A stretch of 64,000 bases of DNA from Vicugna vicugna (Eukaryota), in contig MU058065.1 of assembly GCA_013265495.1 (NCBI GenBank), forward strand, positions 9,093,819-9,157,818, read 5' to 3'. Under the pieces are notes generated by a model. The model was not told the DNA's origin. It ran no database searches and worked only from the letters and a program-made list of their open reading frames with translations. Below, piece by piece: positions 1 to 13,799 of this stretch. The number at the start of each line of letters is the position of its first letter. Position 1 is the first letter of the stretch. Both the position numbers and the translations under genes were made by a program.

Positions 1-859
1 AGAAATATTGGCAGGAAATATAATATACTACAGCATAATACTAAAATGTTAACAATGGTTATCAGTTAAAGCTACATTTACAGATGATCTTTTTACTTAT
101 CTATGTTTTCTAAACTTTCATTATTGGATGTGTATCACCTTTGTAATAAGAAATAAAATTCTTTAAAAATCAGTAGGTATAATATTGAACTACATCAGCA
201 AAAAGATATAACCTACAGGAACTTAGAGATAAACCACCCACGAGGCTCTGGACTCTTGTTGTTTGAGGCTCAGTAAGTTATGAAAGTTGGCTGCCTCTGA
301 GAGCAGACCTGAAACTCAAGTGTTCACATGATGATCAAAAGACTTCCTATGGGGCAGATTTCCAACAAGTACGTGTTTATTAATTGATTAGCAAGGTTGG
401 AGATTAGGACCTATATGTAGAGCTAAAAAGAGTTAGACACAGGAAATTAACAGCCTCCCCAAATACAGTTTCTGTTTTTCAATTCATGGAGAACTATTTT
501 TAAAAAATAAGAACCTGATGTCCTTCCATTCGCTGATAAGTTCTTCCATTCACTGATAAGTGAACAATGGGAAAATGGACTTAATTTACAACAGGTGACA
601 AAAGAAGGCATTTTTTGATGACCATGTTGGTAAGGTAGTGATTGGAAGGCTACAAAGTCTGTTCGTGCAATACCCTTCACTAAAGATTTTAAATAACAGG
701 AAACAGATTGAAGTGGTTCCACTGTGGTTTTAAAAACCAAAGGGTGGGACACCTAGGGTGATCCTTCTTTGCCCTTTGACTTCTTGCTCGTAGATAAGAA
801 TAAAGGAAGGAGAGAATGAGAGATGTTAAACACCAATACAGCTCTTTAAAATGATAGTG

Positions 860-2560
860 AAAAAGAATATGAAGACGAATATACGTATGTTCATGTATGA
901 CCAAAACATTATGCTGTACACCAGAAATTGACACAACATTGTAAACTGACTATACTTCAATAAAAATACATATATATCAAAAAAATGATAGTTATAGCAC
1001 TAAAAATGACAAACAAAAGTTACATGTGAAGTTCTTAAATTTCATTATGCTTATAAAGATATAATGGAGTGAAAAATGGAAAATAAATGCCTATTTTTAA
1101 AAGATTGAGTGAAGTATAGTACATTCATAAGATGTGAAAGACCTACAAAAGAACACTGTAAACACTGCTGAGAGAATTAATGACCTAAACATATGGATAC
1201 TTCATGTGATTACCAGAAGCTTGGGGGAAGGAAAGAGTGGTGAGATGTTGGTCCAAAAGTATAAAGGTGGAGTCATGCAGGGTGAATAAAGCTAGAGAGC
1301 TAATGCACAGCATGACAACTATGGTTAGTTACACTGTATTAAACAATGGAAATATGCAAAGAGAGTAGATTCCAGGTGATCTTGCCACACATACACAAAT
1401 GATAACTATGAGGGGAGAGGGTGTAACTCAGTGGTAGAGCACATGCCTACCATGCACAGGGTCCTGGGTTCAATTCTCAGGATCTCCATTAAAAAAATGA
1501 ATAAATAAACCTAATTTCCTCCCCGCCAAAAAGACAAACAAAAATGATAACTATGTGAGATGATAATATTAACTTGATTGTAGTAACCCTTTGATTATGT
1601 ACATACATTTTAAATTATCATATTATACACATTAAATATATATAACTTTATAAAAATATATAAAATATATAAAAGAAAACAACCCTAGATTGTAGTTTTG
1701 TATCCCATCAAGTAATCTCTGCTTTGCAGAATAAAAGGAGAGGTAATATTTCCAATTCATTTTACAAGATTAGTGTAACACTGATGTTGAAACCAAGTAA
1801 GAACTGTAAAAGAAAAGGATATATTTGCAAATAGATGCAAAATCCTATATAAAATGTTAGCAAATCAGTCAGCAGTGTATAAAAACCAAACAGTTTATCT
1901 CAGGAATGTAACAATGGTTCAATATAAAAAAATCTATATCATATATCTTAAGTATGTATTAAAGAAGATAAGTGTATAATTATCTCAAGAGATAAAGAAA
2001 AATCATTTGATAAAATTGATTCCTAAAAATATCTCTATAAAAATATCTGTAAACTAGGATTATAAGACAATTTCCTCAACACCATAGACCTATACCAAGC
2101 ATTATCTTAATAAAACACTTCACCTCCTATGACTGCTTCACTTCAATGTTGTAGTGAAATTCCTAACTGATAAGAGAAAGAAATAAGCATAAATTCTGCA
2201 AAGGAACAACCAAACCTCTCCTTATTTGCAGATGATAAAATTGTTTACAGAAAAGAAAAGAGAGTCTGCACAAAGCTAGAATCAGTAAGAGCATGCAGGA
2301 AAATTTGCATTCAAACATCAGTAGCATTCTATGGACTAGCAATAATCATACAGAAAATGCAATGGAAAAAAGATACCACTCAAATATCAATAAATTGTTA
2401 AAAAAAAAAACACCTTAGGCATAAATCTAGGAAAAGATACACTATAACTTTACAGGGAAGGTTTAAAAATAGCACTAAAGAACATAGAAAACAACCTGAA
2501 TAAGTGTAGTGACATACCATGTTCATTGATGGAAAGAGTCAATATCATGAAGGGAGAATG
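860..2560 (+). mobile_element. Cluster of L1 fragments (3' ends and decayed ORF2)
   Basis: L1 3' terminus TGCTGTACACCAGAAATTGACACAACATTGTAAA (~860-980), and ORF2-like TTATTTGCAGATGA, TAGATGCAAAATCCT and ATACCATGTTCAT. Confidence 0.75.
1411..1541 (+). mobile_element. vic-1-type tRNA-Ala-derived SINE
   Basis: A/B-box head (TAACTCAGTGG; GGTTCAATTC), AAAT tail, and TSD AAATGATAACTATG at 1397-1410 and 1542-1555. Confidence 0.9.
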
Positions 2561-3549
2561 GGCAGTGAAAGGAATGGCAGAGGCCCTCCCAAGTAATTTC
2601 TAGGTGAATCTCTAACTTTGCCATCGCACTGTTTTATTGTGTAAGGAACTTCAAAATCTTTTGTACTCTTGACCTAGCTCCTGGGGAGCCGGGATGGTTC
2701 AAAAAGCCCCCCCCACAACTTCTCAGGTGAAGGCCAATGCTAGGATGGCTGTCTCTGGCTCCCTTTCACTTCAGCCTTCTTCCTCTCCCAAGTTAGCACA
2801 TCTTCTCCAGGTTTTCAGATGCTTAGTGTTTCCTTCCTCTAAAAGGTGTTCTCAGCTCTTCCTGCTTCTGGTCCCAACCAGCTCGACCTTCTCTCACATG
2901 TACCATACACTCTAAAAACACTTCTTCCCAAAGCCAGTTCCCTCCATCCTTAGAAATTGCTGGTTTCAGCAAGAAAATCTTATAATCCAAAGTGCTTGTG
3001 GACTCAACACTGCATTTGCAATAATGACATGACATTGCTCCATTTAGTTAGGGATAATCACTGCACTAAGGTGATATTCACGTGTTCAGCGTTAGCTCAA
3101 CTCTTCATTTATTAAACACCACATTGAGCCCCTATGATGTGCTAGGCTCTATGTTAAGCTCTGAGGATGCAAGGATGAATGTGCCAAAAGGGCTCGCAGT
3201 CTTGTGGAGGAGACAGGTAAGTATGTAGACACATTTGTTTCAGTTACTCTCCATTAACTTCCTACTGCACTCCACTTAGAATTTATCGAACTCATCTTGT
3301 TAGCCCACTTCCTTCCCCAAACCTAATCTTCATTATGCAGTAACATTCATGTAATAATCCAAACTAAAACTCTCAGTCATCTCTTGTTTCTTGCTCTCTC
3401 ACAGATTTCGTATCTATTCAGTCGTTATGCATCAATTCTTTTATCAAATTATCTCACAACTCTGGCACATTTTTCTCATCTTTGTTGTCACTGCCTAGCT
3501 CAGCATCCTATTTCCTTTCCCTTGGACTATTGCAATAATGTCCAAGAAA

Positions 3550-3780
3550 AAGGATAAACTAGGCATTTGGGATTAGCAGATACAAACTACTATATATAAA
3601 ATAGATAAACAACAGTGTTCTACTGTATAGCACAGGGAACTATATTCAGTGTCTTGTAGTAACCTACAATGAAAAGGAATACATATATATGTGTGTACAT
3701 ATATGTATAACTGAATCACTGTGCTGTACACCTGGAACTAACACAACATTGTACATCAACTATACTTCAATTAAAAAATG
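3550..3780 (+). mobile_element. 5'-truncated L1 3' end
   Basis: Same family as 19421-19740 (TACTGTATAGCACAGGGAACTATATTCA...CTATACTTCAATTAAAAAA). Confidence 0.8.
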
Positions 3781-3853
3781 TTTAAGTCCAAACAGGCCTC
3801 CATGCCTCTGTGTTCACATCTGCTGCGCTATCCTCCACACGGTTGTCATGAAG

Positions 3854-3885
3854 TCTCTGTCTCTGTCTCTGTCTCTGTCTCTGTC
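3854..3885. repeat. (TCTCTG)n microsatellite
   Basis: About five direct hexamer units. Confidence 0.9.
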
Positions 3886-6800
3886 TATTCTTATCTCTAT
3901 CATCTCTACCTCTACCTCTTTTTCTGGGAAGACTTTTTATTGTTCAGAAGAGGAAGTAGAAGAACCTAGCGGAGGAGATATGGTGAGTTGATGGTGTGCT
4001 GAACTACAGAGAACCAATGAGATACTAATTTTTCCCAAAATAAATCCCATCAGAGATGACGTAAGTTATGAAACCCTGGTGAGCATGAAAGGCAACTAGC
4101 TGTTTTTTAAAAGTTGGATATGGTACTGCTTATTTTGTCATTCCCCTATCTTTCGACTGAGGCAGAGATCACAGATTAAAGGACAGAAAATAGGCAGGTT
4201 CTTGACTCCACTGGCACACGGGAAGTTCTCATTTTTCAGGCACCAACAGAGTTCCTGGCTACCTGCAACACTTTCCCATCTCACTTGCACTCAGGAGTCC
4301 ACTCAGCAGCTGGGAGTGACATCACTCCGTTCTTGACCAACGCAGCCAATCAGAGGATTATGGAAATAGCTGCTGCAGATCAACCATGCCTATAGAACCA
4401 GGTAGCAAATTGCAAGAGAAGATTTAATAAGGAGGAAGAACAATCCAGGCTTGGATAAGATGAAGGCTTGGAGGAATATGCACAAGATGATTCATGAACG
4501 AAGTTTCAAGTGGGTGGGATCTTAAGCCCATCACACTGGATTTCCAGTTTAGTGTGATGTGCACAGGACAAAGATTGCAATGCACACCATCCGCTTTCTG
4601 TTGGCTGACCCAAATTCTTAACAACTAATTCACATTTCATCTTGATGGCATACCATGCAGGTCTCTTAGCCTTTGAAATATGAGTGTTGTAATACTGGCA
4701 TTAGGTAATAATCTCAGGGGATAACAGATTTGGTGGGGGGGACTGCTGAGGACTTGGGGAAACAACTGTGGAGTGAAAATGACAAACCAGCTGCCGCTTA
4801 TGTGCGGAAAATGACCTGAAAGGTTGAACCCTCCATTTGGCTTTTTCAGAGTTAACACTAAGTGACTACACCGGGTTCTGTTCAGGTTGGAGGCTGAGGT
4901 CACCCCTTTGCCTCTCTCTGTGTGCGGTGAACAGAGGGGAAGGAAGAGGAGTGACCCGAGAAAGCAGCCTGCATTAGAGGACAAGATCTGGCAGATTCAC
5001 AGCCGCTCGGGAGTTAAAGCAACTTTTTCCTCCTTCATATTGCAAAAATGTGTTTCTAATCCTCCACCTTGTCATGTTAGAAATCTCACCTCACCTGATA
5101 CTCAGAACCATCAATAGAAGTTTTACAGACTAGGCAAGAAGAAACCTCTGTTCGCTCAACTTTCAAGGAGCTTTCAGCTTCAGCAAGTACTTTGGTTCAG
5201 GCAAATCTCAATCCCCCTGAGAAAGAGGCCATGAGTGCAGAGAATAGAACACGTGCGGTGTGAGTTACACTTGCACGCGCCCCCTCACACACTGAGTTTA
5301 AAACTCTCACTAATAGACTCATTACCCTGGTGGGTGAAAAATGCTCTGTGGGTGGTGGGATTACTAACCACAGAGTTAACACCCAAACCCTAAACACAGG
5401 CTTCTAATTGATGGAGATTTTTTTTTTTCTATTATCAGAGAAGTTTGCTGATGACTGTTTTCTCTGACTTCCCTAAAACTAATTTTTGCGTAATAGCCAC
5501 AGAAGTTCCTACAAGTTAAAAACAAAAATGTAAGAGGTATGAATATTTTAGATTTCTTCCATGACTTCCTCCAATTGTATTCCTAGTGCTTAAAATGTGA
5601 CTGATAACACAGTAAGAACTCATTAAATATTTGTTGATGAAATAAGATTTGTTATATAATATTTATAAAAGACTTCGTACAAAGTGACAGATAAAGTATG
5701 AACATGAAGAGATGGGTTCATTCTCCTATTAGCGAATGGTAACAAAAAGAAAGCCACACAATGAAACTTCAAAATGAAAAATTAATAAATATTCTTCAAA
5801 GAGAATATTTTATATTGATCTTTTGAAAGTTTAATTCACCAATATTATCTTGTACTTACGTTCCTAACAACATAGTAACAAATACACAAAGCAAAATCTT
5901 CTAGAAGTTTGAGAGAGTTGATAAATCCACAGTAGTAGAAAAAGACTGACTTCAGATTGTGTTCGAAAATCAATGGAATTGAATCACTCTGCTGTACACC
6001 AGAAATTAACACATTATACACTGTACACCAGAAATTAATGCAATGTTGTAAGCTGACTATACTTCAATTAAAAAAATTATAAATCAACTATACTTCAATT
6101 AAAAAATAATAAAAGTCAATGAAAATTTCTAACAGGTATCCCTGATTCCTTCATAACTAACTACAATTTAATAGTCAGAGCAAGCTTTGAAAAATAGAAA
6201 TCAGTTCACGTCACACTTCTGCTCAAACCTCTCAATGGCTTCCCATCACACTCAGAATAAGACTCAGATTCCTGACCAAGGCCCACAAGCTTGTTCACAA
6301 GACAGCCCCAGCTCACCTCTTTGATCTCATCACTTTGTTATTTCATGTTTTTGATGCATTCTTGTAAAAACTATAGTTTGCCTTAGAACTGCTGAGTTTT
6401 GTCCAGTTAATGGATATTTTTTTCTGATACTGTGTACTTCTAATCTCTTACACACTTTATTTTCACTTTTTGTAGCCATACTTTTGAAATTTTAGCATGT
6501 GCACTTAACATCTGTGTCTGATTTCCTTTAGCATTTTGTTCAGTGAAAGTATCTTTGTAGTGAACTTTTAATTTTGTATAATAATTGAGCTGGGTATAGA
6601 ATTTGAAGTTGATGGATATCATATTTCAGCTCTATGAAGAGATTATTCTATTTTTTTCTCACTTGATATTGTTTTAAATTTGGCTTTCAGTTTCTCTCTC
6701 ATTTCCAAGCAGGTAATATATTTGTTCTCCCTGCTACTTTTAGGATCTTTTCTTTCTCTCTGGTGTCTTGTAGTTTATTTTTATTTATCATGCTTGGGAC

Positions 6801-7865
6801 CTGTATTTCTGGAATCTAAGAATATATGACAGCCACATACTTACAGCTCCTACTTATAGTTCTGTTTTACAGTTTAAAATTTTTTTTGTTCTGTAATTTC
6901 TCTCAATTTGTAATAAGTTTATCTATGCATTAAAAAAGAAAGGCTGGAAATAAAGTAAGCACTTAAAGAAGTTAGAAAAAGAACAAAAAATTAAACTGAA
7001 GAAATAAGATGGATACAACACCAGACTGGTACATGATATATGTCCATTGCCAAGTACAGACAGGGATATGGAGCCAAAACTCTCACTCTTCTGGGAGAAT
7101 GTAAACTTGTATCACCATTTCAGAAAACAATCTTGGCATTATCTAGTACAATGAAATATGTACATACTCCATGATTCAGTATTTCACTCCTAGGTATACA
7201 TCCTAGAGAATTTCATGCATATGTGCACGATGGGGCACACACAAGAATATTCAGACTAACATTGTTTGAAACAGCAAAGAAATACTGAAAATAACCCAAG
7301 TGCCCATCAACAGTAAAATGGATAAACTATGATATATTCACATGATGGAATACTATGTAGCAATGAAAATAAATAAACTATTGGTTTACATATCAACATG
7401 GATGAATCTCAGGAACTATGCTGAGTGAAGAATAGTTGTGAAGAATATTGTGTGATCTCATTTATGTGAAATTTGGTAAACTGCAGATCTATATACTATA
7501 TTGTCTAAGGATGCCAATATACATGGTGAACTCACAAAAAGGAAGAGGCTGATAAATGCAAAATTTAGATTAGTGGCTACTGTGGGTAGGGAAAGGGCAG
7601 AGTGGAGTTAAGTGTGGGGGGCACAGGAGGCTACAAAGATACTGATGGTAACTGGGTAAAAAATGTCAACAGCCTGACCATCTGCATATATATGTATAGA
7701 TGTTTGGAATGATGCTCATCAAATACTAATATGGTTATATCTAGGCAGTAGATTTTGGATTATTTCTTATTTTCTTTACATACTTTTGTATTGCTTCAAT
7801 TTTTAAAATTATTACTGTGCACCATTTAAATTTTTTAAAGTCATTCTGAGGGAGAGAGAAAAATG

Positions 7866-8230
7866 TTGTTAGAGACTGAATATTTGTGCCTCCCCAAATT
7901 CCTGTGTTGAAGTCCTCACCCCTAATGTGATGGTATTGGGAGGTGGAGCCTCTGATAAGTGATTAGGTCATAAGGGCAGAGCCCTCTTGAATGAGACTAG
8001 TGTTCTTATAAAAGAGGACCTAGGGAGCTTCCGCCCACCCCACACTTCTGCCATGTGAGGTTACAGTGAAAAGACAGCCCTCTATGAACCAGGAAGCCGA
8101 ATCTGACACTGAATACGCCAGTGCCTTGATCTTGGATTTTCTGTCCAGAACTGTGAAAAAGAAATGTCTGTTACTTAAAATCTACCCAATCAACTGTATT
8201 TTTGTTACAATAGCCAGAACAGACTAAGAC
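7866..8230 (+). mobile_element. MLT1A-like MaLR solo LTR
   Basis: GACTGAATATTTGTG..CCCCAAATTC..GTGATGGTATTGGGAGGTGG..CCTTGATCTTGGA..ACAGACTAAGACA. Confidence 0.85.
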
Positions 8231-8733
8231 ACAGACAGGAAGGTGAAAAAGGAAGAGACTTTCAATAGAAAAATCTAAGAACAAAGATCTAGTAATCAAG
8301 CTCCTATGTATTTACCCAAATGGGTTGAAAACGCATGCCCACACAGGTATCTACACATAAATGTTAATGTCAACTTTATTTACGATTGCCAAAAATGGGT
8401 ATACAAGGGAATATCACTCAGCGACAAAGAGAAATGAGCTACAAAGCTACAAAAAAGACACCGAGGAAATTTAAAAGCATATTACTAAATAAAGGAAGCC
8501 AATCTGAAACATCTACATACTGTACGGTATCACCTATATGACATCCTGGAAAAGACAAAACTATAGAAAGAATAAAAAGACGAGTGGTTGCCAGGGGCTT
8601 GGGAGGAAGGAGGGGCAGATGAACTGATAAAGCAGAGGAGATTTTTAGGGCACTGAAACCGAAATGGTGGATACATGCCATCATGCATTTGTCAAAACCT
8701 ACAGAATTGTATAATGCAAAGAGTAAACCCTGA

Positions 8734-8838
8734 GGGGAAGGTATAATTCAGCGGTAGAGCGCATGTTTGGCATGCATGGGGTCCTGGGTTCAATCCCCAG
8801 TTCCTCCATTAAAATAAATAAGTATATTTTTAAAAAAT
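8734..8838 (+). mobile_element. vic-1-type SINE inserted in L1
   Basis: tRNA-like head, with a perfect TSD GAGTAAACCCTGA at 8721-8733 and 8839-8851. Confidence 0.9.
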
Positions 8839-10711
8839 GAGTAAACCCTGATGAGTAAAGTCTTGGACTTTTTTTTTAGTAAATAATGTGTCATAACAGG
8901 TTCATCAACTGAAATAAATGTACAGCACCAATGCAAGGTAATCACAGAGGAAAGTGGGGAAAGGCAGGTGGAGAGGGAGCATATGGGAACTTTCTGTACT
9001 TCCTGCTCAATTTTTCTGTAAACCTAAAACTGCTCTAAAAAAATAAAGTCTATTGGTTTAAAAATTTAAAAAAAATTTTTTTAAAGGGTCAAGAACAGGG
9101 TGAAGGAATTCTTAAAATTTTGGGGACAGATATTTATTTTTAGCAAATCCTAGCACAGTCCTTGCCACAAGCATTACAGTTTTTTTTAATGCTCCTAACA
9201 TCCCTGTAGGGTAGGTACCAGTGTGATTCCACTCAAACTGCTGAGGAATCCGAGGCCAGAGAGTGCAAGCATCTTGCCCTGGGCCACACAGCAAGCAGGT
9301 CACAGAGCCAGGATTCAAGGCCACGCAATCCTTGCTCCTGGCCTTGACCTGAGGCTGCTTCCCCTTAAAGGGACAAAGGCAAGCTGGACATCAGTGTTCA
9401 CTGCTTTCATCTCTGAGACTGCCTTTACTCTTGGTTCAGTGGTTTTGTTTAATTTGTCTTCTCTAGCAAGCCATTCCAAATTCTTATTGAAAGTAGGTGG
9501 GATATAAATAGTAAATTAAAATATTGGAACTAGGGACCTCAGCTGCTCTGTTAAGAGCTAAGATAAATTTACCTCATACCTGCTTAGTTCCCCCTGGTAG
9601 CTACTGTTTGCTCTTTTTTGCTGTAATAGTTAAAATGGATTGTACTTCAAATCCCAGAGGATGAAAATGTTCAAACCAGATAAGCACAGTGTCAATATTC
9701 CTTTGATGGAAATTTTTTTCCTCCTTTTTTGGGAACAGGGATCTTGTTTTATCAAAAAGACCTGTCTTAACATAATTGGTGATGTTCTTTGTTACTATTT
9801 TCTACTATGTTCTGAATTAACACAAATATCCAATAAGTATAGTTTATAAACCAAGGAAAGAAGTGTTTTGTTAATTCAAAATATCTTAACCAACCAAGCT
9901 AGTTTTTGAGTTTCTAGTTTGTAGTAGAACCAAAATGGGTACTGGAGGGGAGACGGAGGTCACAAAAGGACTTTGACCGTCAAAGAGCTTGTGACCTGCT
10001 CAGACACATTCAGATGAGATGCCACCTGAGCCCTGGGAGCTGAGGAATGAGAGCGAGGGTGAGAGCACAGGTGAGAGTTTCCTTGCTGCCCTGGGGCTGC
10101 CCCGCAGGTCCTCTGGGGATGAATGGGAACTGGACTGGAGGAAGAGGGATGGCAGAGCATTCCTGGCCACAAGACTATCCCGGACCATGACAGGTGCAGA
10201 GCCTTTCAAGAGTGAGTCTGATGTGCTCAGGAAGAAAGAGCACACCTGATGTTCTGGGCGGGCGTGCTGAGCTCGGGGCAGTTTATTGGAAAAGGTCAAC
10301 AGAGACAAGGAGGGCCAGTGACACAGGCAGAGAAGTCTGTGCTTGAGATGAAATGCCATGGGTTCCTGAGCTTCCCCACAGTCTCATCCCCACCCAGAGA
10401 AAAGATGGGCTAGACACTTACTCTTGATTTATTGCTGAGTTAAGAAGATCCTGTGGTTTCCCCTATCAACACCAAGGTCCATATTTTGAAAGCCTATTTT
10501 TTTTTTTTACCAGAATAGAAGTTCCAGTCTTCCTTACGATCCCAAAAGGTAAATAATCATCATCTTCATTTACATAAAAAGATATGGGAATTTAGAAAAA
10601 TTAAGTGACTTGCCACATTTTAAGAGTCAGAATTTCCAAAGACCATGCATCACCCAAATTTTACCCACTCACATCCCTCCAGCATAGACCTGGAGGACCT
10701 TTGCTTCTAGG

Positions 10712-11051
10712 CGAGGGGTCAGCAAACTCTCCTATAAAGGGCCAGATAAATATGGTTGATACACCACACACACACTCCATTTTAGGCTTTGGGTCCATAC
10801 AGTTTCTGCCACAACTCCTCAACTCTGCCGTTGCAGTACAAAGCCAGCCAGAGTCCATACATAACTGAATAAACAAGCTCTGCTCTCCTAAAATATAGAA
10901 CTTTGAATTTCCTATCATTTTCATGTCACAAACTTATTTATTTTTATTCTTTTTCAACCACTTCAAAATGTAAAACCATTCTTCATTATGGACCATACAA
11001 ACACAGGCAGCGACCTCACTGGACTTGTCGGTAACAGTATGCCAGCCCCTG
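10712..11051. mobile_element. MER58B-like hAT-Charlie element
   Basis: Termini AGGGGTCAGCAAACT...AGTATGCCAGCCCCTG and a body matching MER58 (AAGGGCCAGATA, ACTCAACTCTGCCGTTG-like). Confidence 0.75.
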
Positions 11052-11514
11052 TTCTAGGTTTATTGATTAGAGCACTAGGTAACGAAGCCAAGGTTAAATG
11101 TCTTACCTCTGGAAGACACAGTTTGCTTTATGCTGGAAAAAATCCCATTTTGTTGGCAACAAGTTCATTTACTACCCTGGCCAAGTGTCTTGCAAATTTG
11201 TAGGGGATTACAAGGGCAAAGATGGCTCAGTGCAATTCAAATAACAGTATGTCCCTCTCACACATGTCAGTAACATTGAGCACATTTCTATTATGGTCTA
11301 GGTAAATTTTTCCCCAAAGTGTACTAATTGTAAGTTTGAGATGCTAAAGATGCCTCACTGAGACATGGCACTTGTATGTTTCATGTTCATCTGTTGAACA
11401 GACACTCGGTAAACAGCAGAGCAGTCCATGTTCAGAGTTTGTTTCATTAGCACCTCTGTGTTTAGGTCAATATCCACCTGCCCTTAATTCTTTAGATTCC
11501 TATTTTACTGACTT

Positions 11515-11830
11515 CATTCATTCATCCCTTTGATCAATGAATATCACACACCTACCATATGTCCAGCTTTGTAGGGGCACTGGGAATTCAAAGCTCAATA
11601 CCAAAGTCCTTGCCTTAAGTAATCCACTGTTTGGGGGAGAAGACAAATATATAGAAATAACACTAAAGTAGAATATACTAAATGCCATGGTACAGAGAGG
11701 CGTTGTACGGGTTGTGGGAACACAGAGAGATGGTATTTGCCTGTGTGAACTTTTGGAATAGGAGGTTACAGGGCACCAATCAATGCTTTTGAAGGAGGTG
11801 AAGTCTGAATCCAATCTGGAAAGATACATA
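11515..11830. mobile_element. L2 fragment
   Basis: TTCATTCATTCA followed by CACCTACCATATGTCCAG..AAAGTCCTTGCCTTAAG..AAATGCCATGG..GGAACACAGAG, typical of the L2 3' end. Confidence 0.55.
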
Positions 11831-12204
11831 CAACCATAATGCCTCCACACTGAATGAGAACACAAGCAACTCTAAACTGTTACATAAGAGACAAAAGCAA
11901 GGGAGGACTGAGGGATCACTGTGAAACCTGTATCTTCCAGCCTTCTCAAGTTTGATCATAACTAGTCAACAGTCATATGCAAATCATATACCCTCCCACT
12001 TGCAGCTTTTTTCAAAAGTTCATGAAAAACAAACACTGGGTAATGAAATAAAATTGCGCACAAAATGTAAAATGGTAAGAGAATTCTGATTTTTCTTTCT
12101 TAAGTCTGGTTTGGAAATAATATCAGTCTGTCTATTTGATTTTTTTAAACTGAATTTAAGACTCGTAAATCCAAATATTTTGAAAAAATAGAATGTGTTC
12201 TCAC

Positions 12205-12349
12205 CTGAAGGACTTTCCTAATTCTTTTTAGATTGTGTATCAAAAGCAGGTTTTTCTCTTTGGAAACACGACCTAACTGTTCATCCAGTTGTATTAACAA
12301 GTTCTGAAGAAGAATTGTTGCCATGGTTTCATTGTTAGAAGCCGCCTCC
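12205..12349 (-). CDS. STAT4: STAT4 exon 3 (145 nt), N-terminal domain
   Basis: Minus strand reads gctttttttag|G GAG GCG GCT...GTC CTT CAG|gtgaga and translates as (W)EAASNNETMATILLQNLLIQLDEQLGRVSKEKNLLLIHNLKRIRKVLQ. The phase matches exon 2: 128+145=273 nt = 91 codons. Confidence 0.98.
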
Positions 12350-12479
12350 CTAAAAAAAGCCGTAAGTGTTACTATACAGCAGGATACAGCTTAGTAAAAT
12401 GCCTACTTTTTTTTAAACAATCATTTTAAAGTGATAAATATATTCCACAGTGATAAGCATTTAGAGATTTCTAAATTGT

Positions 12480-13250
12480 ACACATGAAAGTATATGCAAC
12501 ATCACTAATCATTACGGAAATGCAAACCAAAACATGAGATACCACTTCACATCTATTAGGAGAGCTGTTACTGAAAACACAAAATAACAATTTTTGGTGA
12601 GGATGTAAAATTAGGACCCTTGTGTGTTGCTGGTGAAAGTGGAAAATGGTTACAGCCACTGCAGAAAACAGGATGGAGATTCCTCAAATTATAAACATAC
12701 AATTACAAACAACAATTCTACTTCTGGGTAGACACTTAAAAGAATTGAAAGCAGGGACTTGAGTAGGTATTTACACACCAGCATTTATATCAGTTTTATT
12801 CGCAATACCTGAAAGGCAGAAACAACCCAAATGTCTATTGAAGGATGACAGAATAAATAAAACGTGGTACCTACACCCAAAAGAATATTATTCAGCCTTA
12901 AAAAGGAAGGAAATTCTGATACATGCTACATGAATGAAACTTGAAACACTATGTTAAGTAAAATGTCAGTCACAAAATAACAAATACGGTGTGATGACAC
13001 TTATGTGAAATATCTAGTCAAATTCAGAGACAGAAAATAGAACAGTGGTTCCCAGGGGCTGGGATGGAGAGAATGAGGGGTTATTGTTTAATGAGTATAC
13101 AGTTTCAGTTTGGGAAGATGACAAAGTTCTGGAGATGGATGGATAGTGGTGATGGATGCATAATAATATGAATATACTTAATGTCACTAACCTATACACC
13201 TACAAATGGTTAATTTTATGTTATGTATATTTTATCACAATAAAAAAGTT
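12480..13250 (+). mobile_element. L1MB-like 3' fragment in STAT4 intron 2
   Basis: CAACATCACTAATCATTA..GAGATACCACTTCACA..AAAGTTCTGGAGATGGAT..TTTTATCACAATAAAAAA. Confidence 0.8.
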
Positions 13251-13652
13251 AAGATGACTAAAGCAAAATAATTCTTAATTGGACAAGGTGAATAGAGCTT
13301 AAAAGAATTTTTGTAAAACATACTAAGAAAAAATACTTATTTATATTGAGTGTAATTGAGAATTGATAAAAATAATAGATTTACTTCTTGGCTTTTTAAT
13401 ATTTAGAAAATTGTTGGAGTTTGGCTTTCACAAAGCACTGAAACCATTAAGTTTTCATCTGCAATGAATTAAACCAGAAGGGACAATGATTCTCCCCCTT
13501 TGAGGAAATTTTCCAAATCCTTGAAGAAAGTTCTTTACCTGAAAACAATGCATCTACTGAGTCAAAAGTGACCACAGAATAAATTCATGTGGATAGAGTA
13601 TAAAGCATTTGTGCATCAGTCCCTAGGGAAAATACAATAATGTTTGATCCTA

Positions 13653-13799
<147 letters not shown>

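Larger units (their letters stand above)
7000..9070 (+). mobile_element. Old L1M 3' fragments interrupted by MLT1A and vic-1
   Basis: TTTCACTCCTAGGTATACATCCTAGAGAA, TGCCCATCAACAGTAAAATGGATAAA and TTTTCTGTAAACCTAAAACTGCTCTAAAAAAATAAAGTC. Confidence 0.7.
1..12204 (-). other. STAT4: STAT4 intron 3 (5' part; continues beyond the window)
   Basis: Begins GTGAGA after exon 3. No sequence matching STAT4 exon 4 (GKFHGNPMHVA...) was seen in 1-12204, consistent with the known very long intron 3. Confidence 0.85.

Noticed and set aside
523..562. 20-bp tandem duplication CTTCCATTC(G/A)CTGATAAGT
   Set aside because: Only two units and no spacers; an ordinary local duplication, not an array.
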